Source of the DNA: Octopus vulgaris
Taxonomy: Eukaryota
Direction: 5' to 3'
DNA length: 64,000 bases
Assembly: GCA_951406725.2 (NCBI GenBank)
Contig: OX597829.1
Coordinates: forward strand, 9,796,001 to 9,860,000
A model generated the notes under the pieces. It was not told where the DNA came from and did no database searches. It saw only the letters and a program-made list of their open reading frames with translations. Below, in pieces: positions 59,523 through 64,000 of the stretch. Position 1 is the first letter of the stretch. Each line of letters opens with the position of its first letter. Position numbers and translations under genes: made by a program.

Positions 59523-59524
<2 letters not shown>
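59037..59524 (-). mobile_element. (TAA)n-tailed non-coding retroposon, copy 2
   Basis: Colinear with 57996-58485; (ATT)n flanks. Confidence 0.8.
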
Positions 59525-59621
<97 letters not shown>

Positions 59622-59649
59622 CATTATTATTATTATTATTATTATTATT

Positions 59650-60345
59650 TTTTTTTTTTTTCTTCTTTCAAATTTGCTTCCATTTCTTGCCGAGTGTCTT
59701 CCCGACTCCTAGGGCAAAGAAACTCATAGTATACATTGGTAGGCCATTAAACCAAACTCAGTAGTTCGTTCATTTTTTTTTTCTTTTTAAGTTAAATTAA
59801 GATACATGAGCAGCAACAGTTCTCACATCGAAAATGCTCTTCTCAATACGTGTGATGTACCAGTTAAGACAATCTTTTGCACTTCTTGCAGGGATGGTAA
59901 GCCAGGGATCATTCTCATATAATTTTCGGTTCCCTTCTTGATCATTCCTAGTGCTCCTACGATCACCGCCTTGAGATGCCACATTTTCTCAATTTCAATG
60001 AGTAGGTCTTAATATTTTCTGAGCTTGTCAAACTCTTTCACCGAGATATTATGATCATAGGGAATGCTCATGTCGATCAATAAGCAAACTTTATTGTTTT
60101 GGTCTTTCACAACAATATCTGGTTTATTGGCCTTGATGGTTCGGTCTGTATGTACTGGAAAGTCCCACAGAATGGTTACATTTTCTCCTTCAGTTACAGC
60201 CTCAGGGTGGTGATTATACCACTTGTCGGCAGTTTTGATATTGTAATGCCGACTTTTTAGCCATTGTAGATATTGGCCAACTCTGTCATGTCTTAATTTA
60301 TACTCCACTGGTGCTAAGACTTTACATCCAGAGATTAGGTGGTCC
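59650..60345 (-). mobile_element. 5'-truncated RLE-type non-LTR retrotransposon (R4/Dong-like) in (TAA)n
   Basis: DHLISGC..RHDRV..NKPDIVVKD..LLIDMSIP: end of CCHC knuckle, RHD motif and PD-(D/E) endonuclease. Internal disruption, 3' UTR, A-run, (ATT)n on both sides. Confidence 0.85.
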
Positions 60346-60415
<70 letters not shown>

Positions 60416-60524
60416 ACCGATGATATTACACCCATCGTAGAGTTTTCTCTGAAGAGAGAAAATTTTGCGCAGTAAAATTTCTATAACACATTATCGCATG
60501 ACTATATTTCGGAATATAATTTAT

Positions 60525-60576
<52 letters not shown>

Positions 60577-60583
<7 letters not shown>

Positions 60584-61094
60584 AGCGGGATCAGCCATCT
60601 GAATGTGGCTAGGGACAGGGCGGGGTGGTGGGGGTGTTACTGATGCATTTAGCCCCAGGCGACTATCGACGTCACCAGAAGAGCCGACACCATCACGGTG
60701 TCCTTGCTAGCCTGCAAAGGGAGATCAGCCTCACCGAAGATACGGATTTTCTACGCCAGTGACTGTGGTTACTGTGAAAATCTATATATATCTGGCCTGT
60801 ACAAGAAGTTCCTCAGCGAAGAACGGTGCTTGCCATGCGCTGACAAGAGGCAAATACCTCGAAACCGGTCCGTGTGTAGCATCCGTATCTTCGGTGAGGC
60901 TGATCTCCCTTGCAGGCTAGCAAGGACACCGTGATGGTGTCGGCTCTTCTGGTGACGTCGATAGTCGCCTGGGGCTAAATGCATCAGTAACACCCCCACC
61001 ACCCCGCCCTGTCCCTAGCCACATTCAGATGGCTGATCCCGCTTATATTACAGAGCAGTTACTGTTTATACCTCGCTCAGAGATTCATTATTGT

Positions 61095-61095
<1 letters not shown>
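60577..61095 (+). mobile_element. Penelope-like non-coding foldback insert in (TA)n: ~170-bp arms, 133-bp spacer with hammerhead, ~45-bp tail
   Basis: 60577-60747 vs 60881-61050 inverted with one 1-nt indel. Absent from the paralogous (TA)n tract at ~51150-51200. Confidence 0.85.
60834..60876 (+). ncRNA. Hammerhead ribozyme fold with G8-to-A core variant
   Basis: CAUGCG-CUGACAA-GAGG[CAAAUA]CCUC-GAAA-CCGG-UC|CGUGUG; palindromic ACCGGU stem III, GUC site. The core reads CUGACAA rather than CUGANGA. Confidence 0.75.
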
Positions 61096-61125
<30 letters not shown>

Positions 61126-61750
61126 ATATGTGTATATATAATATACACACACACAAATATATACATATATACATATATATGAATGTATGAATATATATAT
61201 GGATGCATACATGCTTGCATGTATAATTGTGTGTGTATGACAAATAGAGAGAGAGAGAGAGGGAGAGAGAGAGAGAGGCAGACAGAGCTGGGATGTTTTA
61301 TGTGAATTATACAAAATCTCTTTTGTATAATTTGTTGAGGAAACTTCAGCAAATTTCAGTTTCTCTAATTATACAGTTTATATTCCTTATCATCGTTTAG
61401 AAGGTCCAATTGATGTTCCTGATTTTATCATTCTTACAGCACGTGATTACGCAAGGTGATACTTTCAAACATAAAAAGAATTTAGTATTTTGAAATGGCA
61501 GAATCCACAGAGCGTCGCGGGAAAATGCCTTGTGGCATTACTTCTGGCTTTTATGTTCTGGCTCTTTAGTTTAAATCCAGTCCAAGGTCAACTTTGCCGT
61601 TCATCTTTTCATGGACAATAAAATAAACAACCAAAAGTCTGGCTAAATTCCTCACCTCAAAACTTCGAGCCTTGTGCCTAAATTATAAGTAGTTGGAGCA
61701 GCAACAGCAGCAGCGACACCAGAAGTAGTATTAGTAGTAGTAGTAGTAGT

Positions 61751-61784
<34 letters not shown>

Positions 61785-61914
61785 TTTTAGTAGCAGCAGC
61801 AGCAGTAGTAGTAGCAATAATAATTATAACAATCATTATTATTGTTGCTGCTGTTGTTGTTGTTGTTGTGGGTTTGGGTTGTTGTTGTTGTTGTTGGTGG
61901 TGGTGTTGCTGGTG

Positions 61915-61960
<46 letters not shown>

Positions 61961-61982
61961 TATTATTATTATTATTATGTAA

Positions 61983-62195
61983 GGCGGTGAGCTGGCAGAA
62001 TCGTTGACACATCGGACAAAATACTTAGCAGCAGTTTGTCCGTTTTTACGTTCTGAGGTCAAATTCCGCCGAGGTCAACTCTGCCATTCATCCTTGCGTG
62101 GTTGACAAAATAATCACAAGTTCAGGACTGGGATTGATGTAATCGCCTTAAAACTTCTCAAAATTTGCTGGATTTGTGCCAAAATTTGAAACTAT
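61983..62195 (+). mobile_element. SINE family 2
   Basis: ggcggtgagctggcagaatcgtt...ttccgccgaggtcaactctgcc. Confidence 0.78.
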
Positions 62196-62294
62196 TCTTT
62201 CCCTTCTTATCATCATCATCATCATCATCATTATCATCATCATTCTCATCATCATTCTCATCATTATTTGTGATTTCGTCATTATTATAATTAC

Positions 62295-62396
<102 letters not shown>

Positions 62397-62758
62397 TAAT
62401 AATAATAATAATAATAATATAATTGTTTGATACCTTCTGCAATTTTGTTTCGTCTCGGTCTATTCTGAAGAGTGACATTCTAAAGAGTGACATTGCATTT
62501 CACCACCAGTTTAACGTATCTATTTACAGAAGATAAGTATTATTATAGATTGTACTGAAGCCCTTCAAATGGATCGCTTTTAATATTCGATGATACAGTT
62601 TTGTCGCGCTCTTCATCATGTTCAATCAGCTCGGCGTGAACAATAAAGTTAAACCACAACGTGGTACACTCAGCCACTGAAAATTCAATGTTCATTTAGT
62701 TCAGCTTCTCAAGCAACTTGAAGGCCTTGGTCAGAAATTCCGATAGCGGCTCTTACGC

Positions 62759-62803
<45 letters not shown>

Positions 62804-62997
62804 TACAGATCGAGAGAGTGTGTATGTATGAGAGAGATGCACATGCATATATATGTACACACATATATACATACTTACACACACATACATACACACACAT
62901 ACATACACACACATACATACATACAAACATACATACATATATACATACATACACACACACATACATACATACATACATACATACATACATACATACA

Positions 62998-63027
<30 letters not shown>

Positions 63028-63028
<1 letters not shown>

Positions 63029-63872
63029 TGAAGAAGACAGTAGAATTGACATGAAGCGCAGCCTCTCTTAGACGCAAGACCACTACATCACATGAAGCTT
63101 TCAGGACTATGCATTCGCAATCCAGAAACAGGTGACTGCCACAAAGTACCTGGTGACCAAAAGAGACAGTGACGCCCTTGTAATCCCAAGGTGCAACCGC
63201 ATGTGTAGGCTATGTCGTGTTTCTGTGGAAGACATCACACATGTGATTAGCAGCTGTCCTAAAATCTTGTCACGGTACTACCTCCCTATGCGGCACGATG
63301 TTGTTAAAAATTTTAAATGGCACCCGAAAAAAAGACTGTTCTGAAATAAACTTTAAAAATCCCTCTGTTATGGAATACATTCATAAACACCAACTCAAGG
63401 AATACTCGTGGAATATTCCCATCAAAGCATCTGTCAAATGTAAACATAACAGGCCGGATATTGTTGTTTGGGACAGAGGGGCAAAGGTATGTACCATCAT
63501 AGAGGTTAGCTGCCCTGCTGATATAAATATCTCTTTGAAAATCAAAGACAAAAAGGATATCTATGGACAACTGATTCGAAACCTCCAGCTTCTGTATCCA
63601 GACTATGAATTCATATTCATACCAATAATAATTGGTGCAATAGGTTTTGTCAGTAAATGTTTAAAGGAGAATCTGGATAAACTGGGATTTTCAGAAAGAG
63701 AAACTGAGCGGCTAATTCGTACATTACAAGTGCAATCTGTGAGTGGAACAATAAAAATATGCAAGACTTTTCTCAAGTTCCAAATGTGAATTTGTTCTTT
63801 GTTAACTATATCTTTGTGAAAATCGGCTCCCTCTTCAGTGGAAGATTAATAATAATTAAAAAAATAGAAGTC
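63028..63872 (+). mobile_element. 5'-truncated RLE-type non-LTR retrotransposon (R4/Dong-like) in (TACA)n
   Basis: CRLCRVSVEDITHVISSC (CCHC), MRHDVV, frameshift near 63300-63340, RPDIVVWD..IIEVSCP, stop at 63789; (CATA)n on both sides. Confidence 0.85.
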
Positions 63873-63927
63873 ACATACATACATACATACATACATACAT
63901 GCATGCATACATACATACATACATACA

Positions 63928-63961
<34 letters not shown>

Positions 63962-64000
63962 CATACATACATACATACATACATACATACGTACATACAT

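Larger units (their letters stand above)
60418..61884 (+). repeat. Local direct duplication, copy B (filled site)
   Basis: Near-identical to 51035-51963 plus a ~520-bp foldback insert in the TA tract. Confidence 0.92.

Noticed and set aside
60698-61002. 78-aa and 77-aa ORFs inside the foldback insert
   Set aside because: No recognisable domain; a by-product of higher GC content and the inverted arms.

Overview
AT-rich, microsatellite-saturated animal DNA. The SINE families and repeat load point to an octopus/coleoid cephalopod, which is an inference. The window holds one protein-coding gene on the + strand, a PRDM3/16 (MECOM/EVI1, hamlet/egl-43) zinc-finger transcription factor. Four phase-compatible coding exons are visible (22822-22993, 28316-28385, 31366-32817, 35052-42593), giving about 3,080 aa, strongly inflated by low-complexity sequence. 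No PR/SET exons were recognised. The rest is SINEs, two hAT MITEs with 8-bp TSDs, mariner fragments, two microsatellite-embedded RLE-type (R4/Dong-like) LINE 3' fragments and a local ~0.9-kb duplication. The most striking hidden structure is a set of short non-coding inserts in (TA)n tracts built as asymmetric foldbacks (inverted arm + arm + unpaired tail). Five of them carry recognisable minimal type-I hammerhead ribozyme folds, most with palindromic stem III, and a sixth has a truncated one. This is the architecture of Penelope-like element pLTRs/retrozymes. One is caught as an empty-versus-filled site pair inside the local duplication. All structures were read by eye and none was checked by search or folding software.
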